Of a stretch of 38,271 bases of DNA, positions 29,797 through 37,820 are shown one piece after another. The notes under the pieces were generated by a model that saw only the letters and a program-made list of their open reading frames with translations, was not told where the DNA came from and did no database searches. Location of the stretch: NCBI GenBank assembly GCA_029879825.1, contig JAOUPL010000001.1, positions 1 to 38,271 of the forward strand. Reading direction: 5' to 3'. Every line of letters starts with the position of its first letter. The first letter of the stretch is position 1. The stretch is from Candidatus Bathyarchaeota archaeon. Lineage in GTDB: Archaea; Thermoproteota; Bathyarchaeia; Bathyarchaeales; Bathyarchaeaceae. The translations under genes were made by a program, and so were the position numbers.

Positions 29797-30918
29797 CTAC
29801 TGTCCAATACCTATCGTGTTCCCGATGCCCGCTATTATAACTACGTCTCCCTCCTTTGTCCTTTCCAGAAGCAGCCTCTTAATTCGTTGAATCGCCGTAT
29901 CCGCGGCGTCGAATACTTCTTTTCGCATAGGAGAAACAGCGTCTCCGATGTCTTGCTTGATAATGACGGCATTCACAGGAATCTTGTATTTAAGCACCGA
30001 TTCCTCTATCTTGAATTGGTCGACTCCTGGCCCACCGATAGCTGCACCTACTCCCTCAGCCACATCGCCAGGTTTCTCTCCTTCAAGCTTTTGTGCAGCA
30101 TCTATCATAACTATTGTGGCAATCTTTCCCTTAGTTTCGTTTATGATCTTTATTATCCCATCTCCAGGTTTACCCACGGTTCCACCCGGGCCTTCTGACT
30201 TCAGAACGTGTGCTATTCGGCCTTCTAGGGGCACTGTGGCTGCAACAATGTCCTTGGCTATCTTTCTTGTTTTATGTCCATGCATCAGTTTAGCGGCGAC
30301 GAGAGCACCTGCTCCGTCACCTATGGGTTGACCAGTTGCGAAGGCCTTTAGAGCGCTGGCGAAGGCTTCTGCTTCTTTCATAATCAGAGGTAAAACCATT
30401 TGAAGTTGCATGATTATGTAGAGGCTCAGGGTTTTTTTGCCGAGTATATAGAAATGCCTTATAACCTTGTAGATAATGTGTAGTGCCATGGCAGCCTCAA
30501 GAGTGTTTTCCAAATTATTCAATTGTACTTCATCTGCTTCCGGCGCCATGAGCTTAACTTCATCCTTAAAGCGAACATCTCGAACGTCCAACAAGTGGTC
30601 CAGTTTCCAAACTATGCCTGAAGGATCCATACTCTGAGGAGTTATGGCTATGTATTCCAAAAATTGGTCAACCCTCTCGGTGGGGTCTTCCGGAGGTTTT
30701 CCTATTTCCTTTATTGTCTCCATGGTCAGCTTCCGCCCTTCGTCTCTTATGAATTTGAGGCGGTGCAGATGTTTTTCAACGTCCCTCAGCATGACGGTCA
30801 TTTGGAAGCGTTGCCCATAAAACATGAAAAACACGAAAAAACCGAGCCAAGCTATTTGTAAAACCCATCCTATAATATCGCTTCCGCCCGGGAACAACTG
30901 AGAAACTTGTGAAATCAT
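29797..30918 (-). CDS. Conserved archaeal membrane-anchored protein (DUF1512-like)
   Basis: 373 aa with one N-terminal TM helix. The family assignment is from memory only. Confidence 0.45.
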   Translation of the reverse strand: MISQVSQLFPGGSDIIGWVLQIAWLGFFVFFMFYGQRFQMTVMLRDVEKHLHRLKFIRDEGRKLTMETIKEIGKPPEDPTERVDQFLEYIAITPQSMDPSGIVWKLDHLLDVRDVRFKDEVKLMAPEADEVQLNNLENTLEAAMALHIIYKVIRHFYILGKKTLSLYIIMQLQMVLPLIMKEAEAFASALKAFATGQPIGDGAGALVAAKLMHGHKTRKIAKDIVAATVPLEGRIAHVLKSEGPGGTVGKPGDGIIKIINETKGKIATIVMIDAAQKLEGEKPGDVAEGVGAAIGGPGVDQFKIEESVLKYKIPVNAVIIKQDIGDAVSPMRKEVFDAADTAIQRIKRLLLERTKEGDVVIIAGIGNTIGIGQ

Positions 30919-31163
30919 TAGCTATTCACACATCTCAAAGACTACGCGGTTGGTAATAAATTTTGAGGATTTATGGTATATCTTTCACTTGAAGTAATAG
31001 CAAACTATAAGACAGGAATTTTTTGGAAGGGCATAATCCCTCAATTCTCTGAGCAGGGGAAGAGCGCTATTTATACCTTCAACATTGTTTGTGTCACAAA
31101 AACACAAACACACACGCATTTCGAGTCATACCTTTTATTCGAAAATGCTTTTAGACGCTAAAA

Positions 31164-31288
31164 GGGGTTGCCAGCTTTCCCGACTTCGCGTGGCCGAAGA
31201 CCACACTAACACCGGAAACGGAGCGCGGTTTAACTTCTGAGTTCGGAATGGGATCAGGTGGGTCCCGCGCCCTATGGCCGGCAACCCC
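31164..31288 (-). rRNA. 5S ribosomal RNA (stand-alone)
   Basis: The reverse strand reads GGGGTTGCCGGCCATAGGGCGCGGGACCCACCTGATCCCATTCCGAACTCAGAAGTTAAACCGCGC...GCTGGCAACCCC. The termini pair. 125 nt. Confidence 0.85.
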
Positions 31289-31344
31289 AATAACTTCGTC
31301 AATCTTTCGTTCATTAAGTTTTCGCTTTAGTCCTGCGAGAAACG

Positions 31345-31354
31345 TATATATTTA
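31345..31354 (+). promoter_or_regulatory. TATA-like box for tRNA-Trp
   Basis: TATATATTTA lies 23-32 nt upstream of the tRNA 5' end at 31377. Confidence 0.4.
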
Positions 31355-31376
31355 GAACCTATAAACTGTTGGACTA

Positions 31377-31599
31377 GGGGCCGTAGTCTAGCTACGCCTC
31401 GTCATCTGATGAGGCGCTGGAAAGGGATGACGACAGTTGATGCGAAGTAGTGTCAACCGTTAAGGGCTCCAGAACAGAATTCACGGGTTTGCTGACCGTG
31501 TCGGGATGAAGAAATTCTGGAGCGGTGAAGAAACCCGTAGGAACGGGGATGAACTGTTCCGGGTAAAGGTCGTCGGTTCAAATCCGGCCGGCCCCACCA
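31377..31599 (+). tRNA. tRNA-Trp (anticodon CCA) with encoded CCA and about four intervening sequences
   Basis: Acceptor GGGGCCG/CGGCCCC, A73, CCA. T arm GTCGG-TTCAAAT-CCGGC. Anticodon loop CTCCAG|A at 31467-31472 + 31533. The stem AC..GGG/CCCGT needs removal of about 31435-31463. Other inserts lie at about 31393-31417 (D loop hairpin), 31473-31532 (37/38) and about 31540-31567 (variable loop). Exons sum to about 78 nt. Confidence 0.65.
31473..31532 (+). ncRNA. Box C/D-like guide element inside the tRNA-Trp 37/38 intron
   Basis: The order is a 12-nt guide, D' CUGA (31492-95), C' AUGAAGA (31506-12), a 12-nt guide, then D-like GUGA (31525-28). The fifth guide nt upstream of D pairs with C34. 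The fifth upstream of D' pairs with nt 39. Box C is degenerate. Confidence 0.5.
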
Positions 31600-32495
31600 C
31601 AAGCCGAACCGGCCCCGCCCGCGCGAAGATCTTCGGCACACTGTGGGAGCTGAAGAAGCGGGGCTACTGCGACATCACCTTGAAGACGAAAGGCGAACGC
31701 CTGAGGTTTCTGGCAAGGCACGTGGACCTGGATGACCCGGAGGCTGTGAAAGGGTTCATCGCAGAACAAACAAGCTGGTCCAATGGCTACAAACAGAGCG
31801 TAGCATACGCTTACGACAACTATGTGAAAACCAACGGCTTGCATTGGACTCTGCCACACTTCCGAGTGGAAGATAAACTGCCCAAGATTCCAACCGAGGA
31901 AAAAATCAACCAGATAATCGTAAGGGCCAGAGGCAAATATGTCCTGGTTTTCAGCATCCTCCGGGACACCGGCATGAGGCCCATCGAACTCGAAAGGACC
32001 AAAGTTAGAGACATAGACTTGGATACAGGAGTTATCACCGTCCGCACGGCGAAAGGCGGCTTAGGACGATCACTGAAGGTGAAGACGCAGACGCTGGCCA
32101 TGCTGAAGGAATACCTCGGGAAGCACGGCTTCGGGCTGAACGACCAGCCTTTTCCGAAGAGGAAGAAGATGACGGGGCGCTGGGTCAGGCTGAGGAACAC
32201 GGTCGCGGGGAAGCTGAAGGACGCCTCTTTCAGGGCGATCAGGCTCTACGACCTGAGGCACTTCGTCGGGACGACGACCTACCACAGGACCAAGGACATA
32301 GTCTACACCCAGAGGGTGCTGGGGCACAGGAGCCTGAAGAACACGATGAGGTATGTCCAACTGATAGACTTTGAAGAAGATGAGTTTACTTCTGCGGTAG
32401 CTAGGAACTTACAGGAAGCTTGCCAACTGATAGAAGTTGGCTTCGAATACGTAACAGAAATAGACGGTGCAAAACTATTCAGGAAAAGAAAGTAG
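31506..32495 (+). CDS. Tyrosine recombinase / integrase (probably the C-terminal part of an SSV-type integrase)
   Basis: Catalytic pattern TGMRPIEL (R), TAKGG (K), LYDLRHF (RH), LGHRS (H), MRYV (Y). The frame is open from 31464 through the tRNA 3' exon. The track ATG at 31506 sits inside the tRNA intron. The first start after the tRNA is TTG at 31680. Confidence 0.75.
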   Translation: MKKFWSGEETRRNGDELFRVKVVGSNPAGPTTSRTGPARAKIFGTLWELKKRGYCDITLKTKGERLRFLARHVDLDDPEAVKGFIAEQTSWSNGYKQSVAYAYDNYVKTNGLHWTLPHFRVEDKLPKIPTEEKINQIIVRARGKYVLVFSILRDTGMRPIELERTKVRDIDLDTGVITVRTAKGGLGRSLKVKTQTLAMLKEYLGKHGFGLNDQPFPKRKKMTGRWVRLRNTVAGKLKDASFRAIRLYDLRHFVGTTTYHRTKDIVYTQRVLGHRSLKNTMRYVQLIDFEEDEFTSAVARNLQEACQLIEVGFEYVTEIDGAKLFRKRK

Positions 32496-32509
32496 CTTTG
32501 TGCACCTAC

Positions 32510-32522
32510 CATGCATGCATGC
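32510..32522. repeat. CATGCATGCATGC alternating Pu/Py repeat, copy 1
   Basis: Exact 13-mer, repeated at 33526-33538. Shorter versions occur at 32738-32750 and 33710-33721. Confidence 0.8.
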
Positions 32523-32735
32523 GATTCGCATACGCCCTGCCCGGTTTCTTCCCGCCCCCCTGCGCAGGACTTAGTTAGAGCAAATAACATGTTAACGCGC
32601 ACGCGATGCAAACAGTTGGAGAGCTTTTTGAAAACCTAGGGGAAAAACCAGGGAGCTAAGTGAAAACATCGACCTGTATCACAAACTGATACTCTCAAGA
32701 ATGAAACCTACGAAAGACGAGTAATATCCAGTTCT

Positions 32736-33482
32736 GTGCGCATGCATGCAAAAAACGACTTGCGCGCGTGTATGAAACAAGAAAACGTTTGTATACCACC
32801 TGTTGAAACATTGTTATATAGTCAGGTGATTTTATTGGCTGAAAAATGGGATGGAGTGGCATTTCTGAAAAATCGTATTGAAGCAATAGACCAACAATGG
32901 GTTGAAAATGTTCGGAAGACCAAATTCTTTCGAGTGGGTGCCTTTAATCTTCCCCACATGGAACCACAATTGAGACAGGTATATATGGATACTTATTTTA
33001 TCACAATGATGGGTTTTTGGAATGTTTCCATAATAATGCAAGGTGTGTTGTTGGAAACTTTGGTCAAAGAGATAATATTTGCAAAAGAGAAGAAAGAGTT
33101 CCAAAAGCCTTTTGGTGACGCCATTGATAGGTGTGAAAAGAAAGGTTACCTAAGCGATGAAGAGATCAGATTTTTGAGGCGATTCAAGGACGAGATTAGG
33201 AACCCCTATCAACATGTAGATGTCAAGAAGATAGTTGGAGAAAGCAAAGTTCGTGCATGGAAGATCTCGCTTAAAAAGGGCAAAGTAGCGGAGTCATTAC
33301 TTAAAGGGGTCGAAAAAGTGTTTAGAGAAGATGCTGGCCATGGCGAGTTGAAAGGTTATGAAGATATGAGACCCGTTGGAGTAGTCATTAAAGATGAGAT
33401 TGACAGACGATTGGCATTGCCTCTTTTCGGTCAAGTTGAAAAATTAGTTAGAAGTTTGTCAACAAAACATTTCAAGGTATAA
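32736..33482 (+). CDS. Hypothetical protein (weak DUF4145-like C-terminal motif)
   Basis: 248-aa ORF; the real start is probably ATG 32772. FLRRFKDEIRNPYQH resembles the RN..H signature of DUF4145, from memory only. Confidence 0.4.
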   Translation: MRMHAKNDLRACMKQENVCIPPVETLLYSQVILLAEKWDGVAFLKNRIEAIDQQWVENVRKTKFFRVGAFNLPHMEPQLRQVYMDTYFITMMGFWNVSIIMQGVLLETLVKEIIFAKEKKEFQKPFGDAIDRCEKKGYLSDEEIRFLRRFKDEIRNPYQHVDVKKIVGESKVRAWKISLKKGKVAESLLKGVEKVFREDAGHGELKGYEDMRPVGVVIKDEIDRRLALPLFGQVEKLVRSLSTKHFKV

Positions 33483-33525
33483 CAAGGCGCGCGCGTTAGA
33501 CTCACTTTCCTTTGTCCCAGTAATT

Positions 33526-33538
33526 CATGCATGCATGC
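33526..33538. repeat. CATGCATGCATGC alternating Pu/Py repeat, copy 2
   Basis: Identical to 32510-32522. The two copies flank ORF 32736..33482. Confidence 0.8.
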
Positions 33539-33806
33539 TTGCTATATCCACACAAAGTTCACACGAAACCCTTCCAGACCCCCGCACACAAACCTTCATG
33601 TTGACAAACCTAGTGGTAATCTTTTCTATTGTTAGTCTAGCTTTTCTTTTTGCGTCAAGAACAGAATTTGCATCGCATGTGCAAGAATTGTGCTAGAAGC
33701 ACGCCTAATCATGCATGCGCGAACGACACATTATAATTTATAATACTTTTTCTAAATTCACAAACTATATTTCTAATTTCTTGAATATTCCAGAAAGGTT
33801 GAGCAA

Positions 33807-34214
33807 TTGAGACTATCAGAATTTATGCACATGCATAAAGGCGTAATCATCGTTCTCGGATTAATCATCGTTGTGGCAGTTGGATACATCGCAGTTAATC
33901 CCAATATAATTGGATTACCTACGCAAATAAGAATCATGGACGGAACTTGGGAAGATATAACCTTTCATGGACACGAATATCGGATTCTAGTAGAAAAAAG
34001 TGAACCAGTTACGTTTGCTAATTTTTCTTCAAGTAATTCTTCTTCATGGATTTTGTATATTTTCCTTACTGAAGGCTGGGATTTCCCAAGAATTGGAGAT
34101 GGAACATATCCAAATATCAAAGAAGGAGACATTATCTTCTACAAAGGTGTGAACATTAAAGTCAACAATATCGATGACTATAGTGTAACATTGTTGGTTA
34201 GTTGGGGAGAATGA
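33807..34214 (+). CDS. Small membrane-anchored / secreted hypothetical protein
   Basis: N-terminal TM helix GVIIVLGLIIVVAVGYIAV. Likely ATG at 33825. Confidence 0.4.
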   Translation: MRLSEFMHMHKGVIIVLGLIIVVAVGYIAVNPNIIGLPTQIRIMDGTWEDITFHGHEYRILVEKSEPVTFANFSSSNSSSWILYIFLTEGWDFPRIGDGTYPNIKEGDIIFYKGVNIKVNNIDDYSVTLLVSWGE

Positions 34215-34257
34215 TGTTTCGCGTGCGTCTTTCCATTAACCGTTAACCGTTGTCCGT

Positions 34258-34276
34258 GGTGGTGGTGGGTGGTGGG
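34258..34276 (+). repeat. (GGT)n G-rich tract
   Basis: GGTGGTGGTGGGTGGTGGG, preceded by tandem TTAACCG x2 at 34236-34249. Confidence 0.7.
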
Positions 34277-34645
34277 TCAAATTTTAACCGCCAAAAGCGT
34301 GCGCTCAGGAGTTAGCCACAGCCCGCAACCAACACACTCGTAAACTCCCGGGGTGCCTCGGACCCAGCCCGCTGTATTTTGGGATGTTGCCCAAGGGTGT
34401 CTGCGGGTTCCGCGTGGAGGGATATACCTGCAGACACATCAACAATGGTAGTTGCATTGAGTCAAATTTCCGGGGAAAACAGCATTAAGTAAAATGGGGG
34501 CCCCAAACTAGAAACCAAATGGAAAGGCCGCGGATTTTGACGCGCGCGCACACGCGAAACAGCTAAAGTGCCCACTTAGATAATTTAATAAATACTTGGA
34601 AATAAGTAGCATTTGTAGTTTAGACGTGTAGGTTGGTCTTGGGTT

Positions 34646-35284
34646 TTGGTCGAAGAAGCTCTTGTTTTTTGGGTCGGAGCGGCGATATTCGGATTCACCT
34701 CATTGATGTTTGCTGCATTAGAAAAGCGAGGACATGGTGGCGAAATGGTTTTCGGATCCAATATCTTTGTAAGTTTTATCACAACGATCTCGTACGTAGT
34801 CATGGCTTTGGCGTTAGGTACTACAATTGCAGAGAATGGACAACCAATCTATTGGACAAGATGGCTTTTCTACATCGCCAGTTGTAGCATACTAACCCTG
34901 GACATCGCCTTCATCGCACGAAAGCCAGCTTCCAAAAAGGTTGAAGTCGCGTTATTCACTGGACTTACAATGTTCTGCGGTTTCTTGGCAAGCATAATTG
35001 TCACGGCTGATCGTTGGTGGTTCTTTGCTCTAAGTACGGCCGCTTATTTCGGCGTGCTCTACACACTATCTAAACGATTAGGAGATGAGAGCGTCAACGT
35101 AACCTCCATAATGTGGTTTGTGATGGTAACTTGGTCTCTGTTTCCAGTAGTTTGGGTGCTTGCGCCAACTGGCTTTGGAGTTCTCACGACATTTGTTGAG
35201 GCTATACTCTATCTTGCACTCGACCTAATAACCAAGGTAGCTTTCGGCTTGTATATTTCAGCACGACAGGACATTGGCAAGTAA
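34646..35284 (+). CDS. Type-1 microbial rhodopsin, schizorhodopsin-like (F-S-D motif)
   Basis: Seven TM segments. PIYWTRWLFYIASCSILTLD aligns to bacteriorhodopsin PIYWARYADWLFTTPLLLLD. WSLFPVVW aligns to WSAYPVVW. LDLITKVAFG aligns to LDVSAKVGFG, giving the Schiff-base Lys with Asp at K-4. TTG start. Confidence 0.8.
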   Translation: MVEEALVFWVGAAIFGFTSLMFAALEKRGHGGEMVFGSNIFVSFITTISYVVMALALGTTIAENGQPIYWTRWLFYIASCSILTLDIAFIARKPASKKVEVALFTGLTMFCGFLASIIVTADRWWFFALSTAAYFGVLYTLSKRLGDESVNVTSIMWFVMVTWSLFPVVWVLAPTGFGVLTTFVEAILYLALDLITKVAFGLYISARQDIGK

Positions 35285-35403
35285 CAATCATAATCAAGCG
35301 CGCGCATGAATACTGTGCAAGTTTAGCATCCGACCTACATCGCTAAAATACATCTTGCTAGTAACCAAAACACAGTTATAACCTCTGCATTCTACATTAC
35401 TTT

Positions 35404-35919
35404 ATGGTCAAAGAAGTGAAATATAGCCTCATCAAAAAACTAGACAATGTGGAAATCAGGCTCTACAACAGCTTGATAATCGCCAAAGTTGACGGTTATG
35501 GTGATGCAGGCTTTAACCTTCTCTTCAACTATATCACAGGCAACAATACTCAAAAAACCACTTTAGAAATGACTTCACCCGTAATATCACAAAACATTGA
35601 AATGACTGCTCCCGTCCTATCAGAAAAAGACTCGATAGCATTCGTTATGCCTGAAAAATACACCTTGGAAACAACACCAAAACCTAATGATGAACGAATC
35701 AAAATCCAACAAATCCCAGAAAGATATGTAGCCGCACTAAGATTCAGCGGTCGCTGGACACCTTCAAATTTCGCAAAAAAATCAAAACAACTATTAAAAG
35801 AACTACAAACAGCAAAAATAAAAACAAGAGGAAACATTTTTGCAATGCGTTACAGCGGACCCTTCACACCATGGTTCATGCGGAAAAACGAAGTAGCAAC
35901 AGAAGTCCAACTCACCTAG
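35404..35919 (+). CDS. SOUL haem-binding family protein
   Basis: VEIRLY..., GFNLLFNYITGNN...LEMTSPV...IEMTAPV, and RFSG pattern. 171 aa. Confidence 0.75.
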   Translation: MVKEVKYSLIKKLDNVEIRLYNSLIIAKVDGYGDAGFNLLFNYITGNNTQKTTLEMTSPVISQNIEMTAPVLSEKDSIAFVMPEKYTLETTPKPNDERIKIQQIPERYVAALRFSGRWTPSNFAKKSKQLLKELQTAKIKTRGNIFAMRYSGPFTPWFMRKNEVATEVQLT

Positions 35920-36112
35920 AACTCTATACCTGCGCGTTCGATTTGGGTATGTGTGGGTGGTTAATTTTCAATCACTTACACTAGCTGGCATGCGTACGCA
36001 GGGCTGAAAAAACATATTGGTAGCGCGCACTTTTCTTGAACACAAGTATCTTAGCGATACTGTGCATGCAGATCGCAAGTCATAAAAGCAGTCTCATACA
36101 GACTTTAGGAAC

Positions 36113-36937
36113 ATGAATAGAACAGAAAGATTAGAGAATATTGCGAAATCACCGATTTCATTTGGCTATCTTAGAAAGTTCAACATGGGAGCAGGCATTC
36201 TTCATTTTGCTCAAGGAATAGTTATGGTAGCTCTTGGGCTTTCTAAAGCCTACAACCGTGACATATTCACTTTCTATTTGAAGTTCAACATAGTGAGCAC
36301 TGACCCGCCCGTTATCCAAGTTGGGCCAGACCCTAAAATCCTGCTGACAATAGGCTACATAGGAGTCGTGGCCGCTCTCTTTCCCCTAATCTCTGCAATA
36401 GCACATTTCACAATCGCGTTTGCGAAGAACAATGCCTACAATGAAAATCTGAAAAAGGGCATGAACCCATACAGATGGTACGAATATGCCCTTTCAAGCT
36501 CAATAATGATATTCCTCATCGCTTCGTTCGTAGGAGTGTGGGAGCTATGGTCACTCGTGATGATATTTGTCTTGAACGCAATGATGATAATGTTCGGATA
36601 TCTTATGGAGAAAATCAATCAGTACACTGAAAAGACTGATTGGTCATCATTCATCCTTGGATGCATTTCAGGCGGAACACCCTGGATAGCGATATACGCT
36701 TATTTCATCGCAGCCATAAGCAGCGTGTCGCAGAACGTTCCCACATTTGTGTACCTGATACTGTTCATCTACTTCATTCTGTTCAACATCTTCGCAGTCA
36801 ACATGGTGTTGCAATACAAAGGCATCGGAAGGTGGAAGGATTACCTTTACGGCGAAAGAATCTACATAATCCTGAGCTTCGTTGCAAAAAGCATTCTGGC
36901 TTGGCTGGTATTCGTAGGAATCTATGCACCTTTCTAG
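36113..36937 (+). CDS. Heliorhodopsin
   Basis: Closely parallels my recollection of HeR 48C12. NPYRWYEYALSSSIMIFLIA matches NIFRWVEYSLSSSVMIVLIA. LQYKGIGRWKDYLYGERIYIILSFVAKSILAW matches LQYKGKGKWSNYLRGERAYIVLSLVAKSALAW, with the Schiff-base Lys and Glu counterion present. Confidence 0.85.
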   Translation: MNRTERLENIAKSPISFGYLRKFNMGAGILHFAQGIVMVALGLSKAYNRDIFTFYLKFNIVSTDPPVIQVGPDPKILLTIGYIGVVAALFPLISAIAHFTIAFAKNNAYNENLKKGMNPYRWYEYALSSSIMIFLIASFVGVWELWSLVMIFVLNAMMIMFGYLMEKINQYTEKTDWSSFILGCISGGTPWIAIYAYFIAAISSVSQNVPTFVYLILFIYFILFNIFAVNMVLQYKGIGRWKDYLYGERIYIILSFVAKSILAWLVFVGIYAPF

Positions 36938-37122
36938 CAGGCGTACGTACTCCTCAAATCAGACTGTTCCAGTATGCTTGTGAGAGATAGTATAGGTTAC
37001 TATCTGCAAGCACACACATGCGCGCGTGCTAGGTGTATGAATTGTAGGCGGAAGAAAAATATTAAAAGAAATATCACCGACCTACGATTATTACGACTGG
37101 ATTATGAGTGTGATAAAATCAA

Positions 37123-37809
37123 ATGGCAAGCGGTTCGCTCGAATTTCGGGCAACAAACCTTGATTGCCTTTTGGCTCTTGTGATCGCATTCGGCCTACCC
37201 GTGGCGTGCGGGCTCCTGTACCCACTGACGGGCGCACTTGTCCCTCTAACACTGTATTATGGCTTGTGCTGCGTAGGCATCGTGAAGTGGCGGCGTGGAA
37301 CACTTGAGTATCGTCGTCCGAAGACTTGGGCCTTCCCCATTTTTCTGACGATGATCGCAATGCAGCTGATCCAACAGATCATTGGTTTTGTGCTAGTGCA
37401 ACCTGTGCCAAGCCCCGACGCAGTCGGAGTGCTCATCTCCCTTATTGTTTGGGCACCACTCAATGCTTTAATGGAGCAGTTGAGTTGGATCTACTGCTAC
37501 GATGCATTCGCCTCACGCTTCACTAAGAAGAGCCAGAGAATAGTGGGGAACATCGTCGGCCTCGTGTTGATGCTATCTCTAGTTGGACTTATCCATGTGC
37601 TCTTCTGGGCGAAATTCACGCCAGCATATTCACCGATCGGTAGCTTCTTCTTAGTTTTCATGGCCCTGCAATTCGTAACCACCGGTCTCTACATCATGCT
37701 GTATCGAAAAGTCCGCTCCATGATCCCTCTGGCATTAGTTCACATCATATCTGATGCGGGCTTGGTTCTCATTCCAGGATTCTCAATCTTCCCGTACCTT
37801 CTGCCATAG
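37123..37809 (+). CDS. Polytopic membrane protein, degenerate CPBP (CAAX protease)-like
   Basis: At least 6 TM segments. Motif-like MEQLSW (versus EExxxR), VGLIH (FxxxH) and HIISD (HxxxD). The first motif lacks the second Glu and the Arg. Confidence 0.3.
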   Translation: MASGSLEFRATNLDCLLALVIAFGLPVACGLLYPLTGALVPLTLYYGLCCVGIVKWRRGTLEYRRPKTWAFPIFLTMIAMQLIQQIIGFVLVQPVPSPDAVGVLISLIVWAPLNALMEQLSWIYCYDAFASRFTKKSQRIVGNIVGLVLMLSLVGLIHVLFWAKFTPAYSPIGSFFLVFMALQFVTTGLYIMLYRKVRSMIPLALVHIISDAGLVLIPGFSIFPYLLP

Positions 37810-37820
37810 GAACAATCGAG

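Noticed and set aside
31453-31641. 62-aa minus-strand ORF, and the ATG at 31506 as a genuine integrase start
   Set aside because: Both lie within the tRNA-Trp gene and its introns. The ATG coincides with the C'-box-like AUGAAGA. The integrase frame is simply open through the tRNA.
37123-37809. The island's last membrane protein as a Brp/Blh beta-carotene dioxygenase that would supply retinal to the two rhodopsins
   Set aside because: It has only two His residues, with no resemblance to the four-His pattern or sequence I recall for Blh. The motif order fits a degenerate CPBP protease better.
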